Positions 51,698 to 63,850 of a DNA stretch of 64,000 nucleotides are shown piece by piece. This DNA comes from Octopus bimaculoides (Eukaryota), in assembly GCF_001194135.2 (NCBI RefSeq), contig NC_068983.1, positions 120,446,633 to 120,510,632 on the forward strand. Reading direction: 5' to 3'. A program made the translations under genes and the position numbers. Positions within the stretch are counted from its first letter, which is position 1. Each line of letters starts with the position of its first letter. The notes under the pieces are model-generated. The model did no database searches. It was not told the origin of the DNA and saw only the letters and a program-made list of their open reading frames with translations.

Positions 51698-51984
51698 TTA
51701 GGAAGGAATTCTAGAGGTTTGCATCCCTGGGAGAAGACAGTGAAATGTTTGATCTGGTTAATGGGGAAAGAGTATGCTACCAACCACTGCAGAAGACCAG
51801 ACGTAATAGAAAAGGCATCTTTTTTGTTAATCTGCCAAATAGCATTTTTTGAAATTAAAAAAAAAAAAAAATTGTCATCTAGAATGTTAGTGTATGTTGC
51901 AATAACAACACTATTCCATACCTGCAAGGATTAGATCAAAGTAGATTTCAGCTGAAGCTGGTAAAGTAGGTGTTTGCACAAGTA

Positions 51985-52330
51985 TATCTGTGGTTAAGAA
52001 ATTTGCTTTGCAACACTAGTTTCAAGTTCAATCCCACTGTACGATATCTTGGTGTCTTTTGATCATCTTGGGGTTATAGTCAATGTCTTGTGTGTATTTG
52101 GTTGATGGAAATTGTATGGAAGCCCATATATACATATGTGTCTGTGCTTATCCCCATTGCTTGACAACTGGTGTGGGTTTGTTTGCATCCCTGCAACTAA
52201 GCAATTGGGAAAAAGAGACTGATAATATAAGTATCTGACTTACATATTAAGTTTTTTTTTCTTTTTTTTTCTTTGTTAAGCACTTCAAGGTGGTTCCCCA
52301 GTATGGTTGCTGTCCAATGATGGAAAACAG
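51985..52330 (+). mobile_element. Diverged tRNA/CORE-like SINE
   Basis: CTGTGGTTAAGAAATTTGCTT...CAAGTTCAATCCCACTG...GGAAGCCC-(TA/TG)-...AATAAGTA...GTCCAATGATGGAAAC. Confidence 0.65.
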
Positions 52331-53169
52331 TCTAAAAGAAAAAAGAACATATAGCACATATCAGTATTACATTGTCACTGGCAACATACAAACATAATAG
52401 TACCTTAGTCTAATTATTTGTATATTTAAGTAGTGTTTGTATGTACAGCTTTCAGGTAAGCCTTATGAATGCTATTTAATTAAAGTGTTTGGTTCAAATC
52501 TCTTTTAACCAAACCTCTTTTAAGTAATTTGCTGTGTGGTTTCGTTTGGTGAGAAAAAGGAAAAAGAATTGAAATTGATCTTTTCTGGTGATGTCACAGT
52601 TTTCAATTTTTAAAGTTTTGTTCTAATTGTTAATAGCTTTTAAAGTTTGAAAATTTTGGGTAATTTTAGCCAATTGAAAGCCACAGATACATTGATGCCT
52701 GTTTCTAAACTAACAAGCCAAGTTGTTGTCTGCTTAAAACTGCTACATCCACTATGTGTAATTTCTTTACCTATTTCCTTTGAGGAGTACCTATATTCTG
52801 AACTTTCATTTTTTTCAGTCTTAACTACATATAATGTATTGATTATTTACATGAACTGAATTATTACTGAAGTATAACGTATTGTTTGTTTTTTTTTTAT
52901 AATTTTTTTGAAAAGAAATTTCATTGAGGATATTTCCTTTTTAAATCGTTTACATGCTTGTTTGAATGTTTGTTTTGCTTTATTTATTTTATCAGACAGG
53001 AAAACTGATGATCTTTTCAGTTGCTGTTACATTTTTTGAAACTTTAGCATTAAGTGAAAATTTTCCAACTTGTTACATTGTTGTAATTTTTCTCACCAAG
53101 TCTAATTTTGTTATTCATTTGTTCCAGAAAAATTTTCGAAAATTGTTCACTAAAAATATGTTAACTACA

Positions 53170-53320
53170 GGTCACCCACTATTCGAGCTGACCCTAAACG
53201 CCAACCCTAACTTTAACTCTAAACCCTAATTCTATCTCTAAATCTCAACTCTAATCTCTAACTCAAACCTTAACTCTAACCCTAAACCCCAACCTTAAAC
53301 CTTAAAACTCTAACCTTAGT
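53170..53320. repeat. Degenerate telomere-like (TAACCC/CTAA) array
   Basis: AACCCTAA, AACTCTAA, AACCTTAA variants repeated about 20 times. Confidence 0.75.
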
Positions 53321-54481
53321 GTATCTCAAACTTTTGTATTTGAATTTTTGCTACAAAAAATGCATTGTTTATATGAGCTGAACTACAGTTGTATAATGTA
53401 GTCTTTTTTTTTTTTGTAATTTTTCACAAAAAAAAGAAAGATTCATTGAGGATCTTTCCTTTTTATATTGCCAACTTTCAAATCCAGTTTTCTGACTGGG
53501 TAAAAATAATCAAACTTTAAACTCAAAATAAATGGAAGTGGAGAGACAAGTTAAAGAAGAGATTGCAAGTGTGCAATGAAATGATTAAAAAAGACTAAAA
53601 ACTAAATACTATTTATAAATTAATAAAGGACTGAACCAGTGCGTATGTTTATTACCGGCATAATGCCTCTCCCAAGGTTTAATTGTATTTCTTTCAACAC
53701 CCGTATCCACATCAAGAATCTTGCACACCAAATACACATACGAAACCTCTGTAACATTTTCCTAAAATTTTTCTAGAGCAAATGAATAACAAGATCAGAT
53801 TCACACGAATTTGAAAATTTTCACTAAATTTTAAGATTTGAAAAAATTTGTGACAGCAACAGAAAAGATCCAATTACAGTAATACAAAGTTCTATTTCTA
53901 TGATAGTATTGTTAGCCCCTTGCCCTACGAAAGAGACATAGATTTGATGAAGGTTTAGCCTACAATTGCTAATGTCAAAAAAGATCTCTAATAATGAATA
54001 TTTATAGTTATGAGTGTTTATTATTAACGCATGAAATCGCTGATGTACTTATCTTGTTTTCACGTGTTTTTGATAAAGAATTGGGTTAGTACAGTTTTTT
54101 TTAATACTGGTTGTAAGGGACATAACATATCTTAAGGGAGGTAACTTCGTTCTTTAAACATGTTAGTTTTAATTCTCTCTGAATATTTAGAAATTCTTAC
54201 AGACATAATGCAAAAACTTTCGATTATTTTCTCTTTCTTCGTATTTCCCACCCTATGGTTGACAAGCTGCATGAAATGACGTATTTCCTATTTCCGTGAC
54301 AAGCATTTTGCCTCAACTTCTAGGAAGACAGTCGTCACAATTTCTATTTTCTTGTCTACATTGATCGCTTCCTTTGCCTTCAAATAGTCACGCATGTGTG
54401 TGCGTGTGTGCGCGCACGCGCGCGTATATGTGTCTGTATGTGTCTGGGTGTAATGATGCGAACGCTATTCGTAGATTTGTG

Positions 54482-54510
54482 CAAGATGGCGGTCTTTCGG
54501 GGCGGGGGGG
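54482..54510 (+). promoter_or_regulatory. YY1-like motif plus GC box in a CpG-retaining patch
   Basis: CAAGATGGCGG at 54482-54492 followed by GGGGCGGGG; motif match only. Confidence 0.3.
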
Positions 54511-55029
54511 TAATGAATATATTTAAAAAAAAATATACGCATTTTTCTTCAATATTTCCTTTTATGTCGTCTGAATACTACTAGAAGAAATATAGTACAT
54601 TTTACTTCGTTAGTACTACAGTCTTGCAATCGACCGACTAACCAATCAATCAGTCAGTCAGTCAATCAACCAATCATTCAATCAATTAATCAATTTCTGT
54701 GTTTCCAATCAGCGGTTTTGAAAGCTACGTCTGATATATCTTTATCTTGTTCAGTCATTGGACTGCGACCATACTAGAGCATCGCCTTGAAGGGTTTAAT
54801 CGAACAAATCGATTCTAGTACGTAAGTTGTTTCTTAGTCTGGTTCTTATTCTTTCGATCTGCAAAATTACAGGGCCGTAAAGAAATCGACACTGATTGTC
54901 AAGCAGTGTTGGGGTGGCCAAACTCAAAGTCATATATATATATGTATATGTATGTATATGTATATATGTATGTGTATATGTGTGTGTGTATATATGTATG
55001 TATATATATATGTATATGTATATGTATAT

Positions 55030-55692
55030 ATATGTATAGAGGGAGAATATACAAATAATAACAACAGACGAGGACAGGTGGTGTAAATAACAAAAGTATA
55101 TATTAGTATGACGCTCGGGAATACGGAAAGTCTTTGACGTTTCGAGCTACGCTCTTCAACAGAAAGAATACGGAGACAAGGAGAAAAACACGGAGAAAAA
55201 AAATTGAATAGTGTTCAAAGTAATAGGTGCAGATTAGAGAAGACAGATTAGGAACATCCAGAGTACGAAGAGACGGTAGGTGAAGGAAAGTAAGGTAAAA
55301 AAGGATGAGAAAGGAGGTTTACAAAAGTGGAAAAGTTCAAAAGTTTTTTAGACGTCGTGGTATATTGAAGCGATTTCCAATCAGAAGATGGGTCCNNNNN
55401 NNNNNNNNNNNNNNNNNNNNNNNNNNNNNNNNNNNNNNNNNNNNNNNNNNNNNNNNNNNNNNNNNNNNNNNNNNNNNNNNNNNNNNNNNNNNNNNNNNNN
55501 NNNNNNNNNNNNNNNNNNNNNNNNNNNNNNGTGTGTGTATATATGTATGTATATATATATGTATATGTATATGTATATATATGTATAGAGGGAGAATATA
55601 CAAATAATAACAACAGACGAGGACAGGTGGTGTAAATAACAAAAGTATATATTAGTATGACGCTCAGGAATACGGAAAGTCTTTGACGTTTC
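55030..55692 (-). mobile_element. Repeat with directly duplicated end and a hammerhead-like motif (Penelope-like terminal repeat candidate)
   Basis: ~115-bp unique block plus flanking microsatellite repeated at ~55030-55143 and ~55580-55692 (one SNP; different sequence beyond); motif at 55131-55167. Confidence 0.55.
55131..55167 (-). ncRNA. 37-nt hammerhead-like motif, second family
   Basis: UCUUU-CUGUUGA-A-GAGC(GUA)GCUC-GAAAC-GUC-AAAGA: 5-bp stem I, 4-bp stem II, GUC triplet; core position 6 is U instead of A. Confidence 0.5.
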
Positions 55693-55694
55693 GT

Positions 55695-55831
55695 GCTGGG
55701 GCTTCGCCTTGAAGAATTTTTAGTCGAATGAATTGACCCCACTACTTAGTTTTCAAATTCTGGTTCTTATTCTATCGTCTCTTTTGCCGAACCACTAAGT
55801 TACGAGACCTAAACACACCAACACCGGTTGC

Positions 55832-55869
<38 letters not shown>

Positions 55870-56030
55870 ACGATCTTCTTTCAGTTTCCATCTACCAAAT
55901 CTATTCACAAGGCTTTTGTCGGCCCGATGCTGTAGTAGAAGACACTTGCTCAGGGTACCACGCAGTAGGACTAAATCCGGAACCATGTGGTTCCGAAGTA
56001 AGCTTCTTTCCACACAACCACACCAGTGCC
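55695..56030 (-). mobile_element. tRNA/CORE-like SINE with internal (CA)n
   Basis: Reverse complement of the 41272-41977 family; CpGs retained. Confidence 0.8.
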
Positions 56031-56256
56031 TTACATTTTTTTTATTAACTTCACCGCTACTCTAAATTTCCTGTTCGTTTTTCGATCAGTGGCTAAGATT
56101 TAACTCTTTGTTTGCTCTGTGTATCACATATGATACACAAAACATATTTCCCGGGTGTTCATTCATCATATATGATACACTGGTGACTGAAAAACATTGG
56201 GAGTGTGTATCTTGGGACTTAGGAAAGCTTTATATTACTCAAAACGTATAAAAGAG

Positions 56257-56590
56257 GTCAGATCGGGTTAGATATGGGGGCATGCACCGTTGCAGTGCGT
56301 CGCTGCATCCATCATTTGTCGGTATTCGTTCAAGTCATCCCAGAAAACCCTCGGAGCAGTATCCCAGTCCCCATCTCTGCGAGATATTTCTTCATTCGCC
56401 GTGACCACGGGGGCATGTGGCATATGGCCGACCAACACGAGTCGTTACCCGAACGGGATCCTCAGAGAAGAAAATATGATATGCAGGATCCAACGAGATC
56501 CAACTTGGAAAACCGAGTAACATGTCCAAACAATCTGAGCTGCGTCCCCCCGAATCATTCAAGTAACAGGACACATCCCAGTTTCTGAAA
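56257..56590 (-). mobile_element. 3' fragment of a second RTE-like LINE family
   Basis: Frameshifted QLRLFGHVTRF...DPAYHI...GRP...MKKYLAEMG...EYRQMMDAATHCNGACPHI* followed by an ACCCGATCTGACCT tail. Confidence 0.7.
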
Positions 56591-57136
56591 GCAGGGACTA
56601 ACTGAACGTCTCAAAACAAGCATGGACGTTTGGGATAAACTTAAGAAAATGATTTGTACAGGCAATGAGTTTAATTCAAATATCAGTCATTAGAGTCTAA
56701 AGGTTGTTGAGATTTGGTTATTTTTAGTTGGTCAGTTTAAAAGCCTGGTAAGATTACTTAAGGTAAAAATTGCACGTGGATTGCCTAATTTAAGGTTTTT
56801 TCAGGCAAACTGAGCGAGCATTTTTATGATCTGTTCACGTAAAGTTTCAAATATTATGATCTACTTGTCCCAGTCATTGAACTGCGGTTACGCAGGGGGT
56901 ACCATTTTTGAAAGGTTTTGTGGAACAAATCGACCCCAGTACTTATTCCTTTTTAAGGCTGGTACTTATTCTATCACTCTCTTTTGCAAAACGGCTGAGT
57001 TACAGGTGCATAAATAAACTAATATCGGTTGTTAAATAATGGTAGGGGACAAACACAACACAAACACAAACACAAAGGTACACGCGCGCGCACACACTCT
57101 CACAAATAGATAGATACACACACACACACACACATA

Positions 57137-58790
57137 CTAAGAGAGGTACCCGGCGTTGCCCAGGAATGAAATCGTTCCTTACATATTGGAAGAAAAAAGC
57201 AAAATATATTGTATAGAAATTTATTCTAAATTTAGTTTATTCTTTAATTGGGATTACAATTTATTCTTCAATTGGGAAATCAATTCTGAATTCATAATAC
57301 AAAAGAATAAAAAATAAAAAAATAAAATACTACTACTACTGTCTCATCTTTTGGAGCAAGAATTGCCCTTTCACACAACCATTTACAGGAAATATAATTA
57401 TTACTTAAGTCTGGAAATACCCTGTTCTTCAATTCAGCTGGGGGAATTTACCATGATAAAAATATGAGCCAAATTGATATGGCCATTCCCATCAAATGGT
57501 ACTTACCCATTTCCTAATTGGAGGAGCCAGGTTGAAAACTGTTCTGCACATTGTTCCCCATGTAATAAAGCTTGCACGTTAGTATTGAAGGAGAATTTCT
57601 GTACTTTATTCCTTTGGTGTGAAGACTTAATGCGTGCTTTTATTTCATTAGATCTTGTTCGTCTCGAAATGACTGGTAATGTCTGTCTGAAGTCTCCTCA
57701 TAAAACTAATGTAACTCCTCCCATAGATTTATTATTGCCTCTTATGTCTTGTAAGGTCTTATCAAGAGCTTCCATTGCACCTCTATGTGACATGGTGCAT
57801 TCATCCCAAATGACCAGGTGGCATTGGCGCAACATTTCTGCTGAACCCGAACCTTTACTTATGTTACAAATTGGACTGTCGTTTGTGACCATTTAGCGGT
57901 AATTTAAAAGCAGAGTGAGCTGTTAATCTTCCTGGGAGAATGGTGGCAGCAATGCTAGGCGATGCTTCAGCGACTGCAATTCTTTTTTGTTGCCTTACCT
58001 TGGAGAGAAGTAACGTTGTTACAAATGTTTTACTTGTGCCACCAGGAGCATCAAGAAAGAAAATTCCTCCGCTTTTTTCTCTGACTGATGAAATAATTTT
58101 TATCATATGCACAACGTTATTCTGGAAGAAGTTTAGGTTCATGTTCATTCACAAATGCAGCCAAGTCTGTGATGTCATAATTTGTCTCTCTTGCTATATC
58201 TTTTGAAGTTAAATCACTAATTTGACGGTTTATTTTTGGCAGTCCAGAGCCAGACCATTGCAAATTTTTGCCTCCCATAGCCAAAACTCGATATTCACTT
58301 TCAATCAGTGCTTGGTCAAAAATTGTTTCAGAGAACTGAATATTCATATCTGGGTTTGCCTGTTGAACTGCATACTTTAAGTCCTCAGCCATGTCCTCAC
58401 GATGTTTCATCCAAAGGTGCAGCGGACTGCCAAGTTGATACATGTTCAGTAAAAAGGTTACGGAGTTTCCTTGGAGAATCTGAGTTTTCAGAGTTTTCTG
58501 AAGGAGAACACGTACGAAACATACTTATCTTTGAAACCAGTTAAATGATAAAGATTACGGATGTAATCTTCGTCATTTTCCTAGGACAAATATACGTTGT
58601 TAGGTATCTGCCGTTGTGAGGACAGTGTACATTTGCATTCAAAGGAAAGGTTTTCTCTACTCTTCCGTGGTGGAAGTAGGTAGTGGTGTCTTCAATGCAG
58701 CTGTCGAATGAAGGAGAGGCGAACAGAACGGCTGCCCGGGTGGCACTCACTCTGTCAACTCCATTGCGTACTGAATACTTCTTTTCTCAT
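57137..58790 (-). mobile_element. Helitron relic (Rep-helicase C-terminal half) with 3' hairpin end
   Basis: PIF1 motifs IFFLDAPGGTSKTFV, SIAATILPGRLTAHSAFKLPL, LVIWDECTMSHRGAMEALDKTLQDIRGNNKSMGG. 3' hairpin CCTGGGCAACGCCGGG (57164-57149) then ...TCTCTTAG|T. Confidence 0.92.
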
Positions 58791-58884
58791 CTATAGGCAC
58801 TACACACACACACAAACACACACACACGCGCACCCCACGTGCAAGAAATAAATATTCAATATAGTAAAAAGTAGTTAGAACTAC

Positions 58885-59032
58885 ACTGCAGTTTCTGCCT
58901 ACCAAATTCATTCACAAGGTTTTGGTCGGCTCGGACTTACAGTAAACCACTTGTCCAAGGTCCTACGCAGTGTGACTGAACGCGGAACCATGTGATTGGG
59001 AAACAAACTTCTTACCACACGGCCATACCTAT
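58885..59032 (-). mobile_element. tRNA/CORE-like SINE head
   Basis: CTACCAAATTCATTCACAAGG...CTTGTCCAAGG..ACGCAGTG.GACTGAAC..GGAACCATGTG...CTTACCACACGGCCATACCT. Confidence 0.75.
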
Positions 59033-60597
59033 ATAGACACACGCGCACACATACACATACACACACGTGTACGCGCACACAACATATATACATATATATG
59101 CATACATAAATATGCACACATACATGCACGTGCGCGCACGCACACACACGCGCGCGCACACACACACACGGCTTCCCCCACACAATTGCTGTCCGTGAAC
59201 CGACGATAACTATCTAGAAAACAATGTTTCTGTGAACATTGTTGAATTTGCTTTGATTTTTTTGTACATTAAAGCCATTTTGCTGTAGCTGCTTCTAATA
59301 TTCCCAAACCTTTACTTGTTTCACAATGTTTTTTTTTTCCTAACACATAGGTCTCCCCATAAAATACGTTTGTTTGGAACTGACCTCTCGTACCTTTCTT
59401 CCTTCCAAATGGAGTTAAATCTAGACGCCGAAATAACTAGTAAAGTGAATCCACAAATTACTACGCAATATATTTTAAGAAAACTAGCTGTGTCTTGGAA
59501 CTCATGTTGGCAGTAGTTAATGGCATAGAGAGCGAAGCAAATTCAAAATGTGAGAAGATGGCGTCCTTCCAAGTGATATTATTAGCATAAATAAATTGAA
59601 ATAGTTATAATTAGGATTCGAAATCAAGTCGTTAATTCAGCTCACTAAGAACATGCCAATACTATATATTTGAAATAAACTCTATCTATACCGAAACCTT
59701 GGTATACTTTCGATTCCAAACGTAACTTTAGCATTTTGCTTAGAAATTCACAAATTACTTGCCTATGATATTTTTGTTATTCACAGTGCACTTTACGACA
59801 AATAGACATTTTTGAGGGCAGTTTGTCCATGAAATAACACACACATATGTATACATATGGATACACACACACACACAAATACATATGTGTCTAACGTTTG
59901 GCCCCTGCCACTGCTTGACAACCAGTGTTGATGTGTTTACGTCCCCGTATCATAGCGGTTCGGCAAAAGGATTCGATAGAATAAGTACCAGGCTCAAGGA
60001 AAAATAATTCCTGGGGTTGATTCATTCAACTAAAAATTCAAGGCACTGCCCCAGTATGACCGCAGTCTAATGACCGAAACATGTAAAAAGTAAAATGTGT
60101 TTATATAAAAATCTATAGATACAGTTTTCTAAACTAGAGATAATTAAATACTTCTTTATCCACTAAGTGAGCCATAGTTATCAAGAGTTTGTATTGTGGG
60201 TAACAGACAATTTATACCGCAACTTTCTCTTTTGTCCAGTACTCTTACACTAGTCTGCCAACAGACGTATGAAAGGAAGAAGGAAAAGAATTCGAAGCTC
60301 GTGTGTAAGAAGCTTGTTAATAGTGTGTGTGTGTGTGTGTGAAACGGTGAATTGCTGTCTGGAGCTGACAGATAATATACATAGGATATATATCAGCTGC
60401 TGTGCTGATTGGATGATTTTCGCCTTCCTCCAATGTATATTGTGCTTTTAAACATAGCAACTCTATAAGATATTATCTCCAGATGAAAACAGCAGTAAAT
60501 TTACTTTTCGCGATGTATTTACATTAAATATGATACACAGATTACTATATTATTCTAATACTGCTTCTGTTGCATATAACGGACATATAAATATGTA

Positions 60598-60654
<57 letters not shown>

Positions 60655-61249
60655 NNNNNNNNNNNNNNNNNNNNNNNNNNNNNNNNNNNNNNNNNNNNNN
60701 NNNNNNNNNNNNNNNNNNNNNNNNNNNNNNNNNNNNNNNNNNNNNNNNNNNNNNNNNNNNNNNNNNNNNNNNNNNNNNNNNNNNNNNNNNNNNNNNNNNN
60801 NNNNNNNNNNNNNNNNNNNNNNNNNNNNNNNNNNNNNNNNNNNNNNNNNNNNNNNNNNNNNNNNNNNNNNNNNNNNNNNNNNNNNNNNNNNNNNNNNNNN
60901 NNNNNNNNNNNNNNNNNNNNNNNNNNNNNNNNNNNNNNNNNNNNNNNNNNNNNNNNNNNNNNNNNNNNNNNNNNNNNNNNNNNNNNNNNNNNNNNNNNNN
61001 NNNNNNNNNNNNNNNNNNNNNNNNNNNNNNNNNNNNNNNNNNNNNNNNNNNNNNNNNNNNNNNNNNNNNNNNNNNNNNNNNNNNNNNNNNNNNNNNNNNN
61101 NNNNNNNNNNNNNNNNNNNNNNNNNNNNNNNNNNNNNNNNNNNNNNNNNNNNNNNNNNNNNTAGGCAGTAGCTAATAAACCTTTCATACAGTTCAGGCAG
61201 ATGTTAACGAAATTATAAATGGAGATTAAATACGCTTTACACCGCTTAA

Positions 61250-61470
61250 ACTGCCAAAGGAGTAAGTGTAAACAGCTGAATACTTGTCAGTGATTGGTTG
61301 AAATTATCGAAATAAGACAATATTTTACATGAAATAACTCCGAATACAAAAATTTTTTTCTGTTCTATAACACAAAATAGATAAGTATACGAAGTTTGAA
61401 AGTCTTTCGGTACCAAAAACACTACATAAAACATAAATGAAAACTGGTGCCCCCGTTTTGAACTAGATCC
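61250..61470. mobile_element. Right half of the GGATC foldback MITE family
   Basis: High similarity to 30505-30723; ends ...GAACTAGATCC. Confidence 0.85.
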
Positions 61471-62717
61471 AACGATTCTTGTTCCACGTCGGGGTCATTA
61501 TATGTAGATGGTCGAAAGTAGGATGAGACAGTGTAATAACAACATCGAAGAGAAAAGAATAATATTCACAGACTTTATTTGCCGGCAGAGGTTAATAACA
61601 GACATAGTAGCAATTGTAGTGACAATGACAATGTGTTGCTCGCGCGTACTTAGTGCATGTTGGAAGCTGTCTGTGGAAGCCAAGTTATGGTCTGCTGACT
61701 ATATAACTATATTTGAACACACACACACAAGTACTTATGTATTACATCTATATCATACAATAAGTAATGGTCCTAAATAATCTCGCCAAAACAAATCAAC
61801 TATGACAAACATACATCAACGAGCATATGGAATGTTTACCGAAACACGTACACACATGCCATAAAAAGATACTCTAAGACATACACTCATTGAAATAAAC
61901 ACAAACACCATTTAAAGCCACGTAAACATCAGGCAGCTACGAAACTCCTTTTACAATAGACTCCTTAAGTAGTTTCACTGTTAAACTCACAAATCAGCTT
62001 CTTTAAAAATCATTTCATGACATTTGTAAGCACAATGCCATAAAAAAGCCCAAAAGAGCTGCTATAACTAGATTAACAGATAACTTTAGAATAAATAAGC
62101 AAATTAAAAATCCTACACACCTTCTACATAAAAAAAAACAATGAAAAAACAGAAAAGTAATAACCAATAAGCAAATGCAAAATGCAAACCAGTAAGCAAA
62201 TACAAACATGAAACCACACCCACACCGACGAATACAAATATATACCACGAAAACAGAGTCGCAATAGTTCTTGCCTGATGATTTTCATGGCTTGAAACTC
62301 GACTTCCAAGACAAAAGTCTAGTTTCAATAAACCATATATTGGGCACTGCCCTCTCATTTGTCCGATATAACTCAAAAGCCATGTGCACACGCGTGTTTG
62401 TTTGCGTGCGTGTGTATGTGTGTGTGTGTGCGTGTATGTTTGTGTGTGTGTGTGTGTGTGTGTATGTGTGCATATGGCCATTATGTAGCATTTATGCGAT
62501 ATGAGTCGTAATCTGCAGCATTTATGCTATATGAGTGGTAATATGCAACAGAAATAAAAAAAACATTTGCCGTATGTAATAATTCAATATCAATAGAGAA
62601 TCAATTCGAAAATATTTTTCATATGCATATTTGTGTATTTCCGTTATGTAAATAATTTACTTCCGGTTTGTCACATTTGAGCAAAAGATCCATATATCAT
62701 ATTTCTGGTGTTGAGCT

Positions 62718-62739
62718 ATCATCATCATCATTATTATTA

Positions 62740-62817
<78 letters not shown>
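62718..62817. repeat. (ATC)n(ATT)n microsatellite
   Basis: About 33 triplets. Confidence 0.95.
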
Positions 62818-62820
<3 letters not shown>

Positions 62821-63005
62821 GCTATTTTGCTTTAGTATCAACATCTTTTACTTTCTTACTGCTGTTGCCTCTACCTGAAGTGATTATACACATTAGGTAA
62901 CAATAATCGATATATACTGGACTTCTGATCGAGATATTGGTAAATAGGGAAAAATTTTCATAGCCACTTGTCAAAATTTCTCATATTCTTGGTTGGCTCA
63001 GTGTC

Positions 63006-63024
63006 CTTTCTTTCTTTCTTTATT

Positions 63025-63067
<43 letters not shown>
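63006..63067. repeat. (TTTC)n microsatellite
   Basis: About 15 units with one interruption. Confidence 0.95.
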
Positions 63068-63642
63068 ACACATGCATACATACATTTACATGCATGTACA
63101 CAAACATATATCGCTTATCTTTTACTTATTTCAGTTATTGGGTTGCGGCCATGCTAGGGCACCCCCTCGAAGAGTTAAGTCGAGCAAATCAATTCTATTT
63201 TATTTTTTAAAGTTTGTTATTCATTTTATCGGCCTCTTTTTGCTGAACTGCTAATTTACGGTGAGGTAAACAAACCAACACCGGTTGTCAAGCCGTAGTA
63301 CAAGACAAACACTAACGCAAAGACACAGATATATATATATACCGTAAATCCTCGAGTATAATCCGCATTTTCCCCCCAAAATTTAAAGGTCAAAATCCCT
63401 AGTGCGTACTATATACGAGGTTAAAAATGAAAAAAAATTTCTAAGCAATGTCCGAGTCTCTATTTGCTGTCCGGCAATGTTTATTCAGACGCATTTTGTG
63501 ATGTCGGGAGCGAAAATACCTTGAAAGCAATGAAGTCATAAAAGAATCATCCACAACTTGCAGTAAGCAACATTTATTAAACCCAAAGTGTTGTATATCG
63601 TCTGCACTGGATGGAACTCAGGATGACGCTGTATGGAAACTC

Positions 63643-63850
63643 TTTTACTCTTTTACTCTTTTACTGGTTTCAGTCATTTGACTGCGGCCATGCTGGGGCA
63701 CCACCTTTAGTCGAGAAATTCGACCCCAGGACTTATTCTTTGTAAGCCTAGTACTTATTCTATCGGTCTCTTTTTGCCGAACCACTAAGTTACGGGGACG
63801 TAAACACACCAGCATCGGTTGTCAAGCGATGGTGGGGGGACAAACACAGA
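63643..63850 (-). mobile_element. 3' half of tRNA/CORE-like SINE with (GTAAAAGA)n tail
   Basis: Same orientation and family as 55695-55830; related fragments at ~54740, ~56870, ~59895 (plus) and ~63123. Confidence 0.75.

Noticed and set aside
53170-53320. True telomere or chromosome end
   Set aside because: Highly degenerate, only ~150 bp and internal to continuous sequence.
56257-56590. Last exon of a minus-strand gene (…FWDDLNEYRQMMDAATHCNGACPHI*)
   Set aside because: All frames have stops, and the pieces join by frameshift into an RTE-like LINE C-terminus with a typical tail.
62113-62504. First exon of a minus-strand gene (MAFELYRTNERAVPNIWFIETRLL…)
   Set aside because: No convincing donor, no domain similarity, begins in a TG microsatellite; cannot be supported.
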